Source: an uncultured Bacillota bacterium (lineage in GTDB: Bacteria; Sysuimicrobiota; Sysuimicrobiia; Sysuimicrobiales; Segetimicrobiaceae). From it: a DNA stretch of 64,000 nt. Shown piece after piece: positions 28,344 through 39,281 of this stretch. The DNA is taken from contig CAWDRG010000009.1 in NCBI GenBank assembly GCA_963804645.1, positions 1,312,001 to 1,376,000 of the forward strand, given 5' to 3'. A model generated the notes under the pieces. It saw only the letters and a list, made by a program, of their open reading frames with translations, made no database searches and was not told the DNA's origin. The position numbers and the translations under genes were made by a program. Within the stretch, counting starts at the first letter, position 1; each line of letters starts with the position of its first letter.

Positions 28344-30065
28344 GTGGCTGACTGGTACGAGACGCATCAGCACGATGTCCTGATTATCGGCGCGGGCGGC
28401 GCCGGCCTGCGCGCGGCGGTCGCCGCCGCGGAGGCCGGCGTGTCGGTCGGCCTGGTCTGCAAGTCCCTGCTCGGGAAGGCGCACACGGTGATGGCCGAGG
28501 GCGGCATCGCCGCGGCGCTCGGAAACCTGGACCCCCAGGACAACTGGGAAGTGCATTTCGCCGACACGATGCGCGGCGGCCAGATGATCAACGACTACCG
28601 GATGGTCGAGCTGTTCGCCAAGGAGGCGCCCGACCGAGTCTACGAGATGGAACGCTGGGGCGGCCTGTTCGACCGGACGCCCGACGGGCGCATCATGCAG
28701 CGGCCGTTCGGCGCGCACACGTACCGGCGGCTGTGCCACGTCGGCGACCGCACGGGCCTCGAGCTGATCCGGACGATGCAGGACAAGGTCGTGCACTCCG
28801 GCGTCGAGGTCTACATGGAAGTGACCCTGACGCGCCTTCTGAAGGACGGCGACCGGATCGCCGGCGCGTTCGGCTACCGGCGCGAGGACGGACGCTTCGT
28901 GCTGCTGCGGGCGAAGGCCGTGGTGCTGGCGACCGGCGGCTGGGGCAAGCTGTTCAAGGTCACCAGCAACTCCTGGGAGTGCACCGGGGACGGCTGCGCG
29001 ATGGCGTACGAGGCCGGCGCCGAGTTGATGGACATGGAGATGGTGCAGTTCCATCCGACCGGGATGGTCTGGCCGTCGGGCGTGCGCGGAATCCTCGTCA
29101 CCGAGGCGGTGCGCGGCGAGGGCGGCATCCTCCTGAACTCCAAGGGCGAGCGTTTCATGCAGGTCTACGACCCGAAGAAGATGGAACTGAGCAGCCGCGA
29201 CGTCGTCGCGCGCTCCATCTACAAGGAGGTCCAGGCGGGGCGGGGGAGCCCGCACGGCGGGGCGTTCCTCGATATCTCCCAGCGCGGCGCCGAGTACATC
29301 AAGAAGAAGCTCCCGAGCATGTACGACCAGTTTCTCACGCTCGCCGACATTGACATCACGACGACCCCGATGGAGGTCGCCCCGACGATCCACTACGTGA
29401 TGGGCGGAGTGCGCGTCGGGCCGGGCACGGGGCAGACCAGCATCCCCGGGCTGTTCGCGGCTGGCGAGGTGGCGGCGGGGCTCCACGGGTCGAACCGGCT
29501 CGGCGGCAACTCGCTGAGCGATCTCTTGGTGTTCGGTCGGCGCGCGGGCGAGCACGCCGCGGCGTACGCCAAGGGCGTGGCGCAGGAGCTGCGGGTGGAC
29601 GACGCGCAGGCGGATGCGGAGCGCCGCCTCCTGCTGCGGCCGTTCGAGGGCGGCGGCACGGAGAACCCGTACCAGCTCCATGAGGAGCTGCAGGACGTGA
29701 TGGGCACGCACGCCGGGATCGCCCGCACCGGCGACCAGCTCAAGGAAGGCCTCCAGAAGATCCTCGCGCTCCAGGCGCGCGCGGGGCACATGCACGTCAG
29801 CGGCTCGATGCTGTTCAACCCCGGATGGCACACGTGCCGGGACGTGCGGTTCATGCTCGAGCTGTGCGAGGCGATCCTGCGGGCCGCGATCGAGCGGACC
29901 GAGAGCCGGGGCGCGCACTGGCGCCTCGACTTTCCCGATCAGGATCCCGAGTGGGGACGCAAGAATCTCGTGGTCACGCGCGAGGGGGACGCCATGACGG
30001 TGGCGGCCGCTCCGGTGCCGCAGATGCCCCCCGAACTGGCTCGGCTGCTCGCGCCAAAGGTCTAG
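28344..30065 (+). CDS. sdhA: succinate dehydrogenase/fumarate reductase flavoprotein
   Basis: GAGGAG, AHTVMAEGG, QFHPTG, EAVRGEG and HGSNRLGGNSL motifs. Confidence 0.96.
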   Translation: MADWYETHQHDVLIIGAGGAGLRAAVAAAEAGVSVGLVCKSLLGKAHTVMAEGGIAAALGNLDPQDNWEVHFADTMRGGQMINDYRMVELFAKEAPDRVYEMERWGGLFDRTPDGRIMQRPFGAHTYRRLCHVGDRTGLELIRTMQDKVVHSGVEVYMEVTLTRLLKDGDRIAGAFGYRREDGRFVLLRAKAVVLATGGWGKLFKVTSNSWECTGDGCAMAYEAGAELMDMEMVQFHPTGMVWPSGVRGILVTEAVRGEGGILLNSKGERFMQVYDPKKMELSSRDVVARSIYKEVQAGRGSPHGGAFLDISQRGAEYIKKKLPSMYDQFLTLADIDITTTPMEVAPTIHYVMGGVRVGPGTGQTSIPGLFAAGEVAAGLHGSNRLGGNSLSDLLVFGRRAGEHAAAYAKGVAQELRVDDAQADAERRLLLRPFEGGGTENPYQLHEELQDVMGTHAGIARTGDQLKEGLQKILALQARAGHMHVSGSMLFNPGWHTCRDVRFMLELCEAILRAAIERTESRGAHWRLDFPDQDPEWGRKNLVVTREGDAMTVAAAPVPQMPPELARLLAPKV

Positions 30066-30074
30066 GAGGCGGCG

Positions 30075-30827
30075 ATGGCGGACGCAACGTTCCACGTCTT
30101 CCGCGGCGATAAGGCCGGCGGGGACCTGCGCACCTACCAGGTGCCGGTGATCGAGGGCATGGTGGTGCTCGATGCGATTCACTACATCCAGGCCCATGCG
30201 GATTCGACGCTCGCCTGCCGCTGGAACTGCAAGGCCGCGAAATGCGGCTCGTGCAGCGCCGAGATCAACGGCAAGCCGCGGCTGATGTGCAAGACGCGCC
30301 TCGATGCGTTCGCCGGGGAGCCGATCACGGTCCGGCCGATCAAGGTGTTCCCGTTGATCAAGGATCTCGTGACGGACGTCTCGTGGAACTACCGTGTGAA
30401 CAAGGAGATCCCGCCGTTCACGCACGCGCCGGACGATCCGGGCCCGTGGAAGATGTACCCGGAAGACGTCGACCGACTGTTCGAGTTCCGGAAGTGCATC
30501 GAGTGCTTCCTGTGCCAGGACGTCTGCCACGTCCTGCGCGAGCACGACGGCACCGACAAGTACTACGGGCCGCGGTTCATGGTCCGCATCGCCAGCCTCG
30601 AGATGCACCCCAAGGACGTTGAGTCCCGCACCGCGCTGCTGCACGGGCGCGGCGGCCTCGGGTTCTGCAACATCACGAAGTGCTGCGAAGAGGTCTGCCC
30701 CGAGCACATCCACATCACCGATAACGCGATCATCCCCCTCAAGGAACGCGTGGCCGACGACTTCTTCGATCCGTGGCGCGCCCTGCTGCGCATGTTCGGC
30801 GGGCGGAAGGAGCCGCGCGGGACCTGA
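30075..30827 (+). CDS. sdhB: succinate dehydrogenase iron-sulfur subunit
   Basis: CKAAKCGSC, CIECFLCQDVC and CNITKCCEEVCP clusters. Confidence 0.96.
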   Translation: MADATFHVFRGDKAGGDLRTYQVPVIEGMVVLDAIHYIQAHADSTLACRWNCKAAKCGSCSAEINGKPRLMCKTRLDAFAGEPITVRPIKVFPLIKDLVTDVSWNYRVNKEIPPFTHAPDDPGPWKMYPEDVDRLFEFRKCIECFLCQDVCHVLREHDGTDKYYGPRFMVRIASLEMHPKDVESRTALLHGRGGLGFCNITKCCEEVCPEHIHITDNAIIPLKERVADDFFDPWRALLRMFGGRKEPRGT

Positions 30828-30881
30828 TCGACGCGGGGTGGGCGTCGCGCCGCCCGGCGATGCTGGAAAGGAGCAGGTTCG

Positions 30882-32126
30882 ATGCTGACGCTTGACACGC
30901 TCACCCCTCCGAAAGAGGGCCAACGGATCGAGATCCGGGACGGCAGGATGCACGTGCCGGATATCCCCATCATCCCGTACATCGAGGGCGACGGTACCGG
31001 CCCCGACATCTGGCGCGCGACGGTGCGCGTTCTCGACGCCGCGGTCGCGCGGGCGTACGGAAAGAAGCGCCGGATCGTGTGGTTCGAGGTGTTTGCCGGC
31101 GAGAAATCGCACGGCCGATTCAAGACCTGGCTGCCCGAGGACACGCTGCGCGCGTTCTCTCACTACGTCGTGGGCATCAAGGGGCCGCTGACAACGCCGA
31201 TCGGCGGCGGGATGCGGAGCCTCAACGTCGCGCTGCGGCAGCTCCTCGACCTGTACGCGTGCGTGAGGCCGGTCCGCTATTTCGAGAACGTCCCGAGCCC
31301 GGTGAAGCGGCCCGAAGACGTCGACATGGTGATCTTCCGCGAGAACATGGAGGACATCTACGTCGGGTACGAGTTCGCGAGCGGCACCCCCGAGGCGAAA
31401 AAGCTGATCGAGTTCGTGAACCGTGAATTCAAATGGAAGGTGCGCGAGGACTCGGGCGTCGGCCTCAAGCCGATGAGTCCGTTCGGCAGCAAGCGGCTGA
31501 TCCGGAAGGCAATCCAGTACGCGATCGCCCACCAGCGCCCGAGCGTCACGCTCGTGCACAAGGGCAACATCATGAAGTACACGGAAGGCGCGTTCAAGGA
31601 CTGGGGGTACGAGCTCGCCCGTGAGGAGTTCGGCGGCCAGACGATCTCGTGGGACGACGTCGAGAAGCACCACGGCGGCAAGACGCCGGCGGGCAAGGTG
31701 CTGATCCAGGACTACATCGCCGATGTTACGTTCCAGCACGTGCTGACGCGCCCCAAGTCGTTCAGCGTGATCGCGACCCCCAACCTGAACGGCGACTACC
31801 TCTCGGACGCGGTCGCGGCGCAGGTGGGCGGGATCGGGATGGCCCCGGGCGGCAACCTGAGCGATCACCACGCGGTGTTCGAGGCGACGCACGGGACCGC
31901 CCCCAAGTACGCCAACCTCGACAAGGTCAACCCCGGCTCGCTGATCCTCTCGGGCGTCATGATGCTGGAGCATCTCGGGTGGAACGAGGCCGCGGACGCC
32001 ATCATCCGTGCGCTCGAGGCGACCTTCCGCAAGAAGATCGTGACCTACGACCTCGCGCGCCTGATGGACGGCGCGCGTGAGGTCAAGACGAGCGAGTTCG
32101 CGACCGCCGTGATCGGCGAGCTGTAG
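30882..32126 (+). CDS. icd: NADP-dependent isocitrate dehydrogenase
   Basis: IEGDGTG, KGPLTTP.GGG.RSLNV, NLNGDY.SD and [10 protein letters not shown] motifs. Confidence 0.97.
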   Translation: MLTLDTLTPPKEGQRIEIRDGRMHVPDIPIIPYIEGDGTGPDIWRATVRVLDAAVARAYGKKRRIVWFEVFAGEKSHGRFKTWLPEDTLRAFSHYVVGIKGPLTTPIGGGMRSLNVALRQLLDLYACVRPVRYFENVPSPVKRPEDVDMVIFRENMEDIYVGYEFASGTPEAKKLIEFVNREFKWKVREDSGVGLKPMSPFGSKRLIRKAIQYAIAHQRPSVTLVHKGNIMKYTEGAFKDWGYELAREEFGGQTISWDDVEKHHGGKTPAGKVLIQDYIADVTFQHVLTRPKSFSVIATPNLNGDYLSDAVAAQVGGIGMAPGGNLSDHHAVFEATHGTAPKYANLDKVNPGSLILSGVMMLEHLGWNEAADAIIRALEATFRKKIVTYDLARLMDGAREVKTSEFATAVIGEL

Positions 32127-32149
32127 TCGCAGGGGAAGGAGAGCAGCCC

Positions 32150-33088
32150 GTGCCAGCCACACACGCAAAGGTCAGCATCGTCGGCGCCGGCAACGTGGGA
32201 CACACGGCGGCGCAGTGGATCGTGTCGCACCGGCTCGCCGACGTCGTGCTGGTGGACGTCGTCGAGGGGATGCCGCAGGGCAAGGCCCTGGACATGAGTC
32301 AGGCGGGGCCGATCGAGGGGTTCGATGTCACCATCACCGGCAGCAACAGCTACGACGACACGGCGGGCTCCGACGTCGTCGTCATCGTCGCCGGCGTCGC
32401 CCGGAAGCCGGGGATGACGCGTGAGGACCTGCTCAACGTCAACGCCGGCATCGTGACGAGCGTCACCAAAGAGGTGGCCCGCCGATCGCCGCGCGCCGTG
32501 CTGCTCGTGGTGACAAACCCGCTCGACGTCATGGTCTACCTGGCGTATCAGGCGAGCGGGTTTCCGCCCGAGCGGGTGATGGGCCAGAGCGGGGCGCTCG
32601 ACAGCACGCGGTTTCGCACGTTCATCGCGCGGGAGCTCGGGGTGTCGGTGCAGGACGTCTCGGCGATGGTGATCGGCGCGCACAGCGACACCCACATGGT
32701 GCCGCTCGCGAGCTTCGCCTCCGTCGGCAGCATCCCGCTGCGCCATCTGCTCCCCGCGGACCGGATTCAGGCGCTCGTCGAGCGCACGCGGAAAGGCGGC
32801 GCCGAGATCGTCGCCCTCCTCAAGACCGGGAGCGCGTTCTTCGCCCCCGGGGCGGCGATCGCGCAGATGGTCGAGGCGATCCTGCTCGACCGCAAGCGCC
32901 TCATCGGGCTCTCGGCGTACCTTACCGGGCAGTACGGCGTCCGGGACCTGTTCGTCGGCGTGCCCGCGCTGCTCGGCGCGGGCGGCGTGGAGCGGATCTA
33001 CGAGGTTCCGCTCGATCCCGCGGAGCGCGCGGCATTCGACGAGGCGGTCAAAAACATCCGCGAAAACGTCGGCCTGGTCACGAGGTAG
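32150..33088 (+). CDS. mdh: malate dehydrogenase
   Basis: GAGNVG, RKPGMTREDL, NPLD and LDSTRF motifs. Confidence 0.95.
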   Translation: MPATHAKVSIVGAGNVGHTAAQWIVSHRLADVVLVDVVEGMPQGKALDMSQAGPIEGFDVTITGSNSYDDTAGSDVVVIVAGVARKPGMTREDLLNVNAGIVTSVTKEVARRSPRAVLLVVTNPLDVMVYLAYQASGFPPERVMGQSGALDSTRFRTFIARELGVSVQDVSAMVIGAHSDTHMVPLASFASVGSIPLRHLLPADRIQALVERTRKGGAEIVALLKTGSAFFAPGAAIAQMVEAILLDRKRLIGLSAYLTGQYGVRDLFVGVPALLGAGGVERIYEVPLDPAERAAFDEAVKNIRENVGLVTR

Positions 33089-33092
33089 CGCG

Positions 33093-34220
33093 ATGAAACT
33101 GCACGAGTACCAGGCCAAGGAGATCTTCGCGCGCTACGGGCTGCCGATTCAGAACGGCACGGTCATCGAGCGGCCCGAGCAGATCGCCGGGCTCTCGCTG
33201 CGATATCCCGTCGTCGTCAAAGCCCAGGTGCTCGTCGGCGGCCGCGGGAAGGCGGGGGGCATCAAGCTCGCCGCCACGCCGGCCGAGGCGGAGGAGCGGG
33301 CGCGGGGGATCCTCGGGATGGACATCAAGGGCGAGCGCGTCACGCGGGTGCTGGTCGCCGAAGCCGTGGACATCGAGACCGAGTACTACCTCGCGTTCGT
33401 GACCGATCGGCGGACCGGACACGTCGTCGCGATCGCGTCCGCCGAGGGCGGGGTCGAGATCGAGACGATCGCGCAGACCGACCCGGAGAAGATCGCCCGC
33501 GCGGAGATCGAGCCGTTTCTCGGGTTTCGGGTGTTCCAGGCGCGCGCGCTCGGACGGCGGCTGTTCCTGTCCGGCGCGCTGCTCGACGAGTTCGTGAAGA
33601 TCGCGACGACGCTGTACCGCCTGTACTGGACCGAGGACGCGGATCTCGCGGAGATCAACCCACTCGCCCGTGTCGGCGGTCACCTGCTGTGCGTGGACGC
33701 GAAGCTCGTCCTCGACGACAACGCGACGTACCGGCACCCGAACCTGCCGGTCAACGAGGAGATGACCGAGCTGGAAGCCGCGGCCAAGAAGCACGGACTC
33801 TCGTACGTGGAGCTCGACGGCGACATCGCCGTGATCGGCAACGGCGCCGGGCTCGTGATGAGCACCCTCGACCTGCTCGCGCACTTCGGCGGCCGCGCCG
33901 CGAACTTCCTCGATATCGGCGGCGGAGCCAGCGCCGAGTCGATGCAGACGGCGCTTGGGATCGTCCAGCGGAAGCCCGGCGTGCGGGCGGTGTTCATCAA
34001 CATCTTCGGCGGGATCACCCGGTGCGACGACGTCGCGCGCGGGATCGTCGACAATCCACCGAAGGTGCCGGCCAGCATCCGCCTGACGGGGACGAACGAG
34101 GTGGAGGGGCAGCGCATCTTAAAAGACGCCGGCATCGCCGCCGGGATGGATCCCGACGAGGGCGCGCGCGTCGCGGTGCAGCTCGCGAAGGCCGCGTCCG
34201 GACAGCGGGGCGGACGCTGA
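33093..34220 (+). CDS. sucC: succinyl-CoA synthetase beta subunit
   Basis: [26 protein letters not shown] and [10 protein letters not shown] motifs. Confidence 0.96.
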   Translation: MKLHEYQAKEIFARYGLPIQNGTVIERPEQIAGLSLRYPVVVKAQVLVGGRGKAGGIKLAATPAEAEERARGILGMDIKGERVTRVLVAEAVDIETEYYLAFVTDRRTGHVVAIASAEGGVEIETIAQTDPEKIARAEIEPFLGFRVFQARALGRRLFLSGALLDEFVKIATTLYRLYWTEDADLAEINPLARVGGHLLCVDAKLVLDDNATYRHPNLPVNEEMTELEAAAKKHGLSYVELDGDIAVIGNGAGLVMSTLDLLAHFGGRAANFLDIGGGASAESMQTALGIVQRKPGVRAVFINIFGGITRCDDVARGIVDNPPKVPASIRLTGTNEVEGQRILKDAGIAAGMDPDEGARVAVQLAKAASGQRGGR

Positions 34221-35089
34221 TGGCGATCATCGTCGGCGGCAAGACGCGTCTGCTCGTCCAGGGGATCACCGGGTACCAGGGCGCGTTCCACACGAAGTTG
34301 ATGCTCGAGGCGGGCACCAAGGTCGTGGCGGGCGTGACCCCCGGCAAGGGCGGGGAGCGCGTGCACGGCGTCCCGGTGTTCGACACCGTGGACGAGGCGG
34401 TGCGGCAGACCGGTGCCAACGCGTGCTGCATCTTCGTCCCGGCGCGGTTCGCCGGCGAAGCGGCGCTCGAGGCGATCGCGAGCCACCTGAACCCGGTGGT
34501 GATCATCACCGAGGGCATGCCGGTTCACGATGCGATCGAGGTGCTGGCGTACGCGCGGCAGCATCATGTGCGCCTCCTCGGCCCCAACGGGCCCGGCGTG
34601 ACCACTCCCGGACTATGCCGCGTCGGCATCATGCCCACGCAGCTGTTCAGGCCGGGGCCGGTCGGGCTGGTGTCGCGCAGCGGGACGCTGACGTACGAGG
34701 TGGTATGGGGGCTGACGCGGGCCGGTCTCGGCCAGTCGACGGCTGTGGGCCTCGGCGGCGATCCGGTCGTCGGGACCTCGTTCGTGGAGGCGCTCGAGCT
34801 GTTCAACCGCGACCCCGACACGCACGCGATCGTGCTGCTCGGGGAGATCGGCGGGAGCGCGGAGGAAGAGGCCGCGCGGTACATCGCCCGCGAGGTCAAG
34901 AAGCCGGTGGTCGCGTACATCGCCGGCCGCACGGCGCCCGTGGGCAAGCGGATGGGGCACGCGGGGGCCGTCATCTCGGGCACCGAGGGCACGGCGGACC
35001 ACAAGATCAAGGCGCTCGAGGCGGCCGGCGCGCGCGTCGCCGAGCTCCCGAGCGGCGTCGCCGAGCTCGTCAAGACGCGCCTGTCGTAG
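34220..35089 (+). CDS. sucD: succinyl-CoA synthetase alpha subunit
   Basis: [19 protein letters not shown] and RMGHAGA motifs. Confidence 0.96.
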   Translation: MAIIVGGKTRLLVQGITGYQGAFHTKLMLEAGTKVVAGVTPGKGGERVHGVPVFDTVDEAVRQTGANACCIFVPARFAGEAALEAIASHLNPVVIITEGMPVHDAIEVLAYARQHHVRLLGPNGPGVTTPGLCRVGIMPTQLFRPGPVGLVSRSGTLTYEVVWGLTRAGLGQSTAVGLGGDPVVGTSFVEALELFNRDPDTHAIVLLGEIGGSAEEEAARYIAREVKKPVVAYIAGRTAPVGKRMGHAGAVISGTEGTADHKIKALEAAGARVAELPSGVAELVKTRLS

Positions 35090-35134
35090 CGCGGGGCGCC
35101 CGGCGCGCGGGCGCGGCGCGGTCGGGGACCGACC

Positions 35135-35143
35135 TGCTATAAT
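35135..35143 (+). promoter_or_regulatory. extended -10 promoter, probably producing a leaderless mRNA
   Basis: TGCTATAAT ends 6 nt before ATG 35150; no SD. Confidence 0.7.
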
Positions 35144-35149
35144 AAGTCG

Positions 35150-35491
35150 ATGTTCGGGCTGCTCATTCGCTGGGCGATCAATGCGGTGGCGCTCTATCTG
35201 ACGACGCTGCTCGTCCCCGGAATCCGCGTCGACGGGATCCAGGGACTTATCATCGCCGCGCTGGTGCTCGGGATCGTCAACGCGCTGCTGCGGCCGGTGG
35301 TGCTGCTGCTCACGCTGCCGCTGACGATCGTGACGCTCGGGCTGTTCGCGCTCGTCGTCAACGCCGTCATGCTCTACATCGTCTCCGCGGTGACCCACCA
35401 TCTCGTCATTGCGAACTTCTTGTCCGCGTTCATCGGCGCGCTCGTGCTGAGCGTGATCAGCTTCATCCTCTCCCAAGCGGTGGTCGACTAG
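35150..35491 (+). CDS. YvlD/DUF360 membrane protein (holin superfamily IV annotation)
   Basis: LGIVNALLRPV..LLTLPL..VTLGLF.LVVNA signature. Confidence 0.88.
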   Translation: MFGLLIRWAINAVALYLTTLLVPGIRVDGIQGLIIAALVLGIVNALLRPVVLLLTLPLTIVTLGLFALVVNAVMLYIVSAVTHHLVIANFLSAFIGALVLSVISFILSQAVVD

Positions 35492-36396
35492 TGAGCCGCT
35501 CGCAGCCCATGGCGGGCCCGAGCGCCGGCGCCCTTGCCGACCGCGTCGAGTTCCTCATCGTGACCGGGTTGAGCGGCGCCGGCAAGTCGCAGGCGACGCA
35601 CGCGCTGGAAGACCTCGGGTTCTTCTGCGTCGACAACCTGCCGCCGGCGCTGATTCCGAAGTTCGCCGAGATCATCCAGGAATCGCAGGGCCGCATCCGC
35701 CGGGTCGCGCTCGTGATCGACGTGCGCGGCGGAGAGTTCTTCAACACCCTCGACGCCGCCCTGGCCGCCCTCAGCGCGCTCGGGATCAACTACCAGATCC
35801 TGTTCCTCGACGCCTCCGACGAGGTGCTCGTCCGGCGATTCGAGGAGACGCGCCGGAAGCACCCGCTCGGCGGCAGCGTGCTCGACGGCATCCGCAGCGA
35901 GCGCAAGCGCCTGCAGCCGCTGAAGGAGCGCGCGCACAAGATCATCGACACCACCGGGCTCAGCGCGCGGGAGCTGCGGGAGGAACTCGCGGACACGTTT
36001 CTGCGCACCCCCGGCGCCAACGCGCTCACCGTCAGCGTCTCGACGTTCGGCTACAAGTACGGGATTCCGATCGACGCCGACCTGGTCTTCGACGTCCGGT
36101 TCCTGCCGAATCCGTACTACGTCGAGGGGCTGCGCGCGCTCCCGGGCCAGAGCCCCGAAGTGCGGGACTGGGTGCTGCAGTGGGAGCAGACGCGGGAGTT
36201 CCAGCGGCGCTTCCACGACCTCCTCGCCTACCTGCTGCCGCAGTACACGGCGGAGGGGAAGACGCATCTGACGATCGCGATCGGCTGCACGGGGGGAAAG
36301 CACCGGTCGGTCGTGATCGGCGACGATCTGACCAAGTTTCTGCGCGCCGCGGGGTACCCGGTCCGCATCAAGCACCGGGACGTGAGGAAAGAATGA
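35491..36396 (+). CDS. rapZ: RNase adapter RapZ/YvcJ P-loop protein
   Basis: TGLSGAGKS, VDNLPP, FDVRFLPNP and GCTGGKHRSV motifs. Confidence 0.95.
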   Translation: MSRSQPMAGPSAGALADRVEFLIVTGLSGAGKSQATHALEDLGFFCVDNLPPALIPKFAEIIQESQGRIRRVALVIDVRGGEFFNTLDAALAALSALGINYQILFLDASDEVLVRRFEETRRKHPLGGSVLDGIRSERKRLQPLKERAHKIIDTTGLSARELREELADTFLRTPGANALTVSVSTFGYKYGIPIDADLVFDVRFLPNPYYVEGLRALPGQSPEVRDWVLQWEQTREFQRRFHDLLAYLLPQYTAEGKTHLTIAIGCTGGKHRSVVIGDDLTKFLRAAGYPVRIKHRDVRKE

Positions 36397-37754
36397 GCCT
36401 GAACGGGTCGGGGAACGGGGCGCCGCTCGGCCGGCTGCGGGTGTGGCTGCGCTGGCTCGAGCCCGGGCTCGGCGTGAAGCGGTGGGTCGCGGTGATGGCC
36501 GTCGGCATCCTGCTGGTCAGCTCCGGCGCGGCGCTGATCGTGAACGTCAAGCTGCTCGACGTGCTGGAGGTCGCGCTGATCCAGGCGATCGACGTCGCGT
36601 ACCGGGTCACCGGGCACGTCTTCTCGCCCGTGCTCGGCGGCCTGCTGCTCCTGGTGCTCGGCGTCGCGGTGTTCGTGTACGGGCTGCGGGAGACGATCCG
36701 GTCGTTCGTCGACGTGTTCCTCCCGCGCGGCGATCCCCGGCTCGTCGAGATGCTGGTGCAGCAGCGGCAGCTGCAGCGCGGCCCCAAGATCGTGGTCCTC
36801 GGCGGGGGCACGGGGCTCAGCACGCTGCTGCGGGGGCTCAAGCGGGAGAGCACGAATCTGACCGCGGTCGTCACCGTGTTCGACGACGGCGGCTCGTCGG
36901 GACGCCTGCGGCGCGAGCAGGGGATCCTGCCGCCGGGCGACATCCGCAACTGCCTCGTCGCGCTCTCCGAGGCGGAGCCGCTCCTGACGCGCCTGTTCGA
37001 GCACCGCTTCACGGGCGGCGCCCTCGACGGACACAGCTTCGGCAACCTGTTCATCGCGAGCATGCTGCAGGTCGAGGGCGACCTTGAGACGGCGCTCCGG
37101 GAGTGCAGCAAGGTGCTCGCGATCCGCGGGCGGGTGCTCCCGACGACCCTCCACGACGTCACGCTGTGCGCCGAGTTCGCGGACGGGTCGATCATCGAGG
37201 GGGAGTCCGCGATCACCCGGGCCGGCGGCACGATCCGGCGCGTGTTTCTGCAGCCGTCGCGCGTGCCCGCGCTGCCGGGGGTGCTCGAGGCGATCGAAGA
37301 GGCCGATCTCATTGTGCTCGGGCCGGGCAGCCTCTATACAAGCGTCCTGCCGAACCTGCTGGTGGGCGGCGTTACGGACGCGCTGCGCCGCGCGCGCGGC
37401 CTCAAAGTCTACATCTGCAACGTCATGACGCAGCCGGGAGAGACGCTTGGGTTTACCGCGTCCGACCACGTGCGCGTGCTCCTGGAGCAGGCGGGTGCGG
37501 GGCTGTTCGAATACGTGCTCGTCAACAACCGCCGGCCGCGGAACCAGGCGCTGCTCGCGCGCTACGGGCACGAGGGCGCGACGCCGGTGGAGCCGGACGT
37601 GGACGCGATTCGCGCGCTCGGCCTGCGGGTGATTCCCGACGATCTGATCAGCGAAGAGGCCCTCGTGCGCCACGACCCCTGGAAGATCTCCGCGGTGCTG
37701 ATCCAGCTCCTGGCGACGGTGTCGCCCGAAGCGCGGGCCGTCGCGCGCGTGTAG
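36393..37754 (+). CDS. yvcK: YvcK/GlmR family protein with N-terminal TM segments
   Basis: GGGTGL, DDGGSSGRLR, PPGDIRNC and GPGSLYTS motifs. Confidence 0.93.
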   Translation: MSLNGSGNGAPLGRLRVWLRWLEPGLGVKRWVAVMAVGILLVSSGAALIVNVKLLDVLEVALIQAIDVAYRVTGHVFSPVLGGLLLLVLGVAVFVYGLRETIRSFVDVFLPRGDPRLVEMLVQQRQLQRGPKIVVLGGGTGLSTLLRGLKRESTNLTAVVTVFDDGGSSGRLRREQGILPPGDIRNCLVALSEAEPLLTRLFEHRFTGGALDGHSFGNLFIASMLQVEGDLETALRECSKVLAIRGRVLPTTLHDVTLCAEFADGSIIEGESAITRAGGTIRRVFLQPSRVPALPGVLEAIEEADLIVLGPGSLYTSVLPNLLVGGVTDALRRARGLKVYICNVMTQPGETLGFTASDHVRVLLEQAGAGLFEYVLVNNRRPRNQALLARYGHEGATPVEPDVDAIRALGLRVIPDDLISEEALVRHDPWKISAVLIQLLATVSPEARAVARV

Positions 37755-37947
37755 GAGGTTTGCCACCGCTGCGCGAACCATGCGGATATTGACGGCCGCG
37801 GCGCGCCTCACGTCCCGGGGGCGGCGCCGGCGTGCGCCGGCCGCCCCTGACTGGTGATCCAGGCGTCCCGGCCGGCCCCGGCCGGGGTCAGCAACGACGC
37901 CGCCGTCCCGGTGTGTCCGCCGGGCGGCGCGCGGCTGAGGAGACGAG

Positions 37948-38304
37948 ATGCTGCTCGACTGGGGATACGTCGCGATCTTCGCGCTCGTCGGGGCCGGCAT
38001 GGTGTCGATGCCGCTCGCGATCATCGCACTCATCAGCCCGCGGAGCTCCTATCCTCACAAGCGGGATACGTATGAGTCCGGGATGGCGCCGATCGGCGAG
38101 GCGTGGTCGCAGTTTAACGTCCGCTACTATCTGTTCTCGCTGATCTTCGTCGTGTTCGACGTTGAGATCATCTACCTGTACCCGTGGGCGGTGGTGGCGC
38201 GCAGCCTCGGCGCGCCGGCGTTCTACTCGATCGTGGTCTTTCTCGCGGTCCTGGTCCTCGGTCTCGCGTACGCGTGGCGGAAGGGCGCGCTGGAATGGAC
38301 GTGA
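37948..38304 (+). CDS. nuoA: NADH-quinone oxidoreductase subunit A
   Basis: YESG, RYY....FVVFDVE and AYAWRKGALEW motifs. Confidence 0.95.
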   Translation: MLLDWGYVAIFALVGAGMVSMPLAIIALISPRSSYPHKRDTYESGMAPIGEAWSQFNVRYYLFSLIFVVFDVEIIYLYPWAVVARSLGAPAFYSIVVFLAVLVLGLAYAWRKGALEWT

Positions 38305-39281
38305 TGCCCTGGTACGTCGAGGTGCTGCGGGCGATCGTCGGGACGATCATCATCTTCAGCGCCGTCGCGATCGTGACCGCGATGCTCGGGGTGCTGCTGG
38401 AGCGCCGGATCAGTGCCTGGATCCAGAGCCGGATCGGCCCGGTGCACGTCGGCCCCCGCGGCCTGCTGCAGACCGTCGCCGACACGTTCAAGCTGCTCCA
38501 GAAGGAATACATCCTCCCCCGCAACGCCGACGCGGTGATTTTCTCGAGCGCCGTCATCGTGGTCCCGCTGGCCGCGCTGCTGGACTACGTCGTGCTGCCG
38601 TTCGGCACCACGCGCGCGGGGCCGCTGATCTACCGGGACCTCAACATCGGTGTGCTGTACTTCGCGGCGACGTCGTCGCTGATCGTCGTCGGCATCCTGA
38701 TGGCCGGCTGGGGCTCGAACAACAAGTACGCGCTGCTCGGCGGCCTGCGCTCGGCCGCGCAGATGGTGAGCTATGAGATTCCGATCGGCCTCGTGCTGAT
38801 CACGATCGCGATGCTCGCCGGATCGCTCTCGACCGTGACGATCGTGAACGCGCAGACGCACCTCTGGTTCATCGTCTCGCAGCCGGTCTCGTTCGTGATC
38901 TTCTTCGTGGCGGCGATCGCGGAGGTGAACCGCGCGCCGTTCGACCTCGTCGAGGCCGAGAGCGAGCTCGTCGCCGGGTACTTTTCCGAATACACCGGGA
39001 TGCGCTTCGCGCTGTTCCAGCTCGGCGAATACGGGGAGATGTTCGCGATGGCGGCGCTGGCCGTGACGCTGTTCTTCGGCGGGTGGCAGGGCCCCGTGCT
39101 GCCGTCGGTGGTCTGGTTTCTGATCAAGCTGTACGTGCTGGTGTTCGTCTTCATGTGGGTGCGCTGGACCTATCCGCGGTTTCGGATCGACCAGCTGCTG
39201 AACTTCTCGTGGAAGATCCTGATCCCGGTGGCGCTGGCGAACCTCGTCGTGACGGCGTTCTTCGTCATCGTGGTGCACTGA
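38295..39281 (+). CDS. nuoH: NADH-quinone oxidoreductase subunit H
   Basis: ERR..A.IQ.R.GP, SNNKY.LLGGLR, RAPFDL.EAESEL and PRFRIDQ motifs; start 38295 or 38304. Confidence 0.95.
   Translation: MDVMPWYVEVLRAIVGTIIIFSAVAIVTAMLGVLLERRISAWIQSRIGPVHVGPRGLLQTVADTFKLLQKEYILPRNADAVIFSSAVIVVPLAALLDYVVLPFGTTRAGPLIYRDLNIGVLYFAATSSLIVVGILMAGWGSNNKYALLGGLRSAAQMVSYEIPIGLVLITIAMLAGSLSTVTIVNAQTHLWFIVSQPVSFVIFFVAAIAEVNRAPFDLVEAESELVAGYFSEYTGMRFALFQLGEYGEMFAMAALAVTLFFGGWQGPVLPSVVWFLIKLYVLVFVFMWVRWTYPRFRIDQLLNFSWKILIPVALANLVVTAFFVIVVH

Noticed and set aside
26565..32168. 1867-aa minus-strand ORF and many other long antisense ORFs (e.g. 841-2745, 4871-7303, 44637-47339)
   Set aside because: Shadow frames of high-GC coding genes on the opposite strand; only 26565-27413 has a recognisable product.
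35150..35491. Holin-family gene as evidence of a prophage
   Set aside because: YvlD-type genes are chromosomal and sit here in a housekeeping context with no phage genes nearby.
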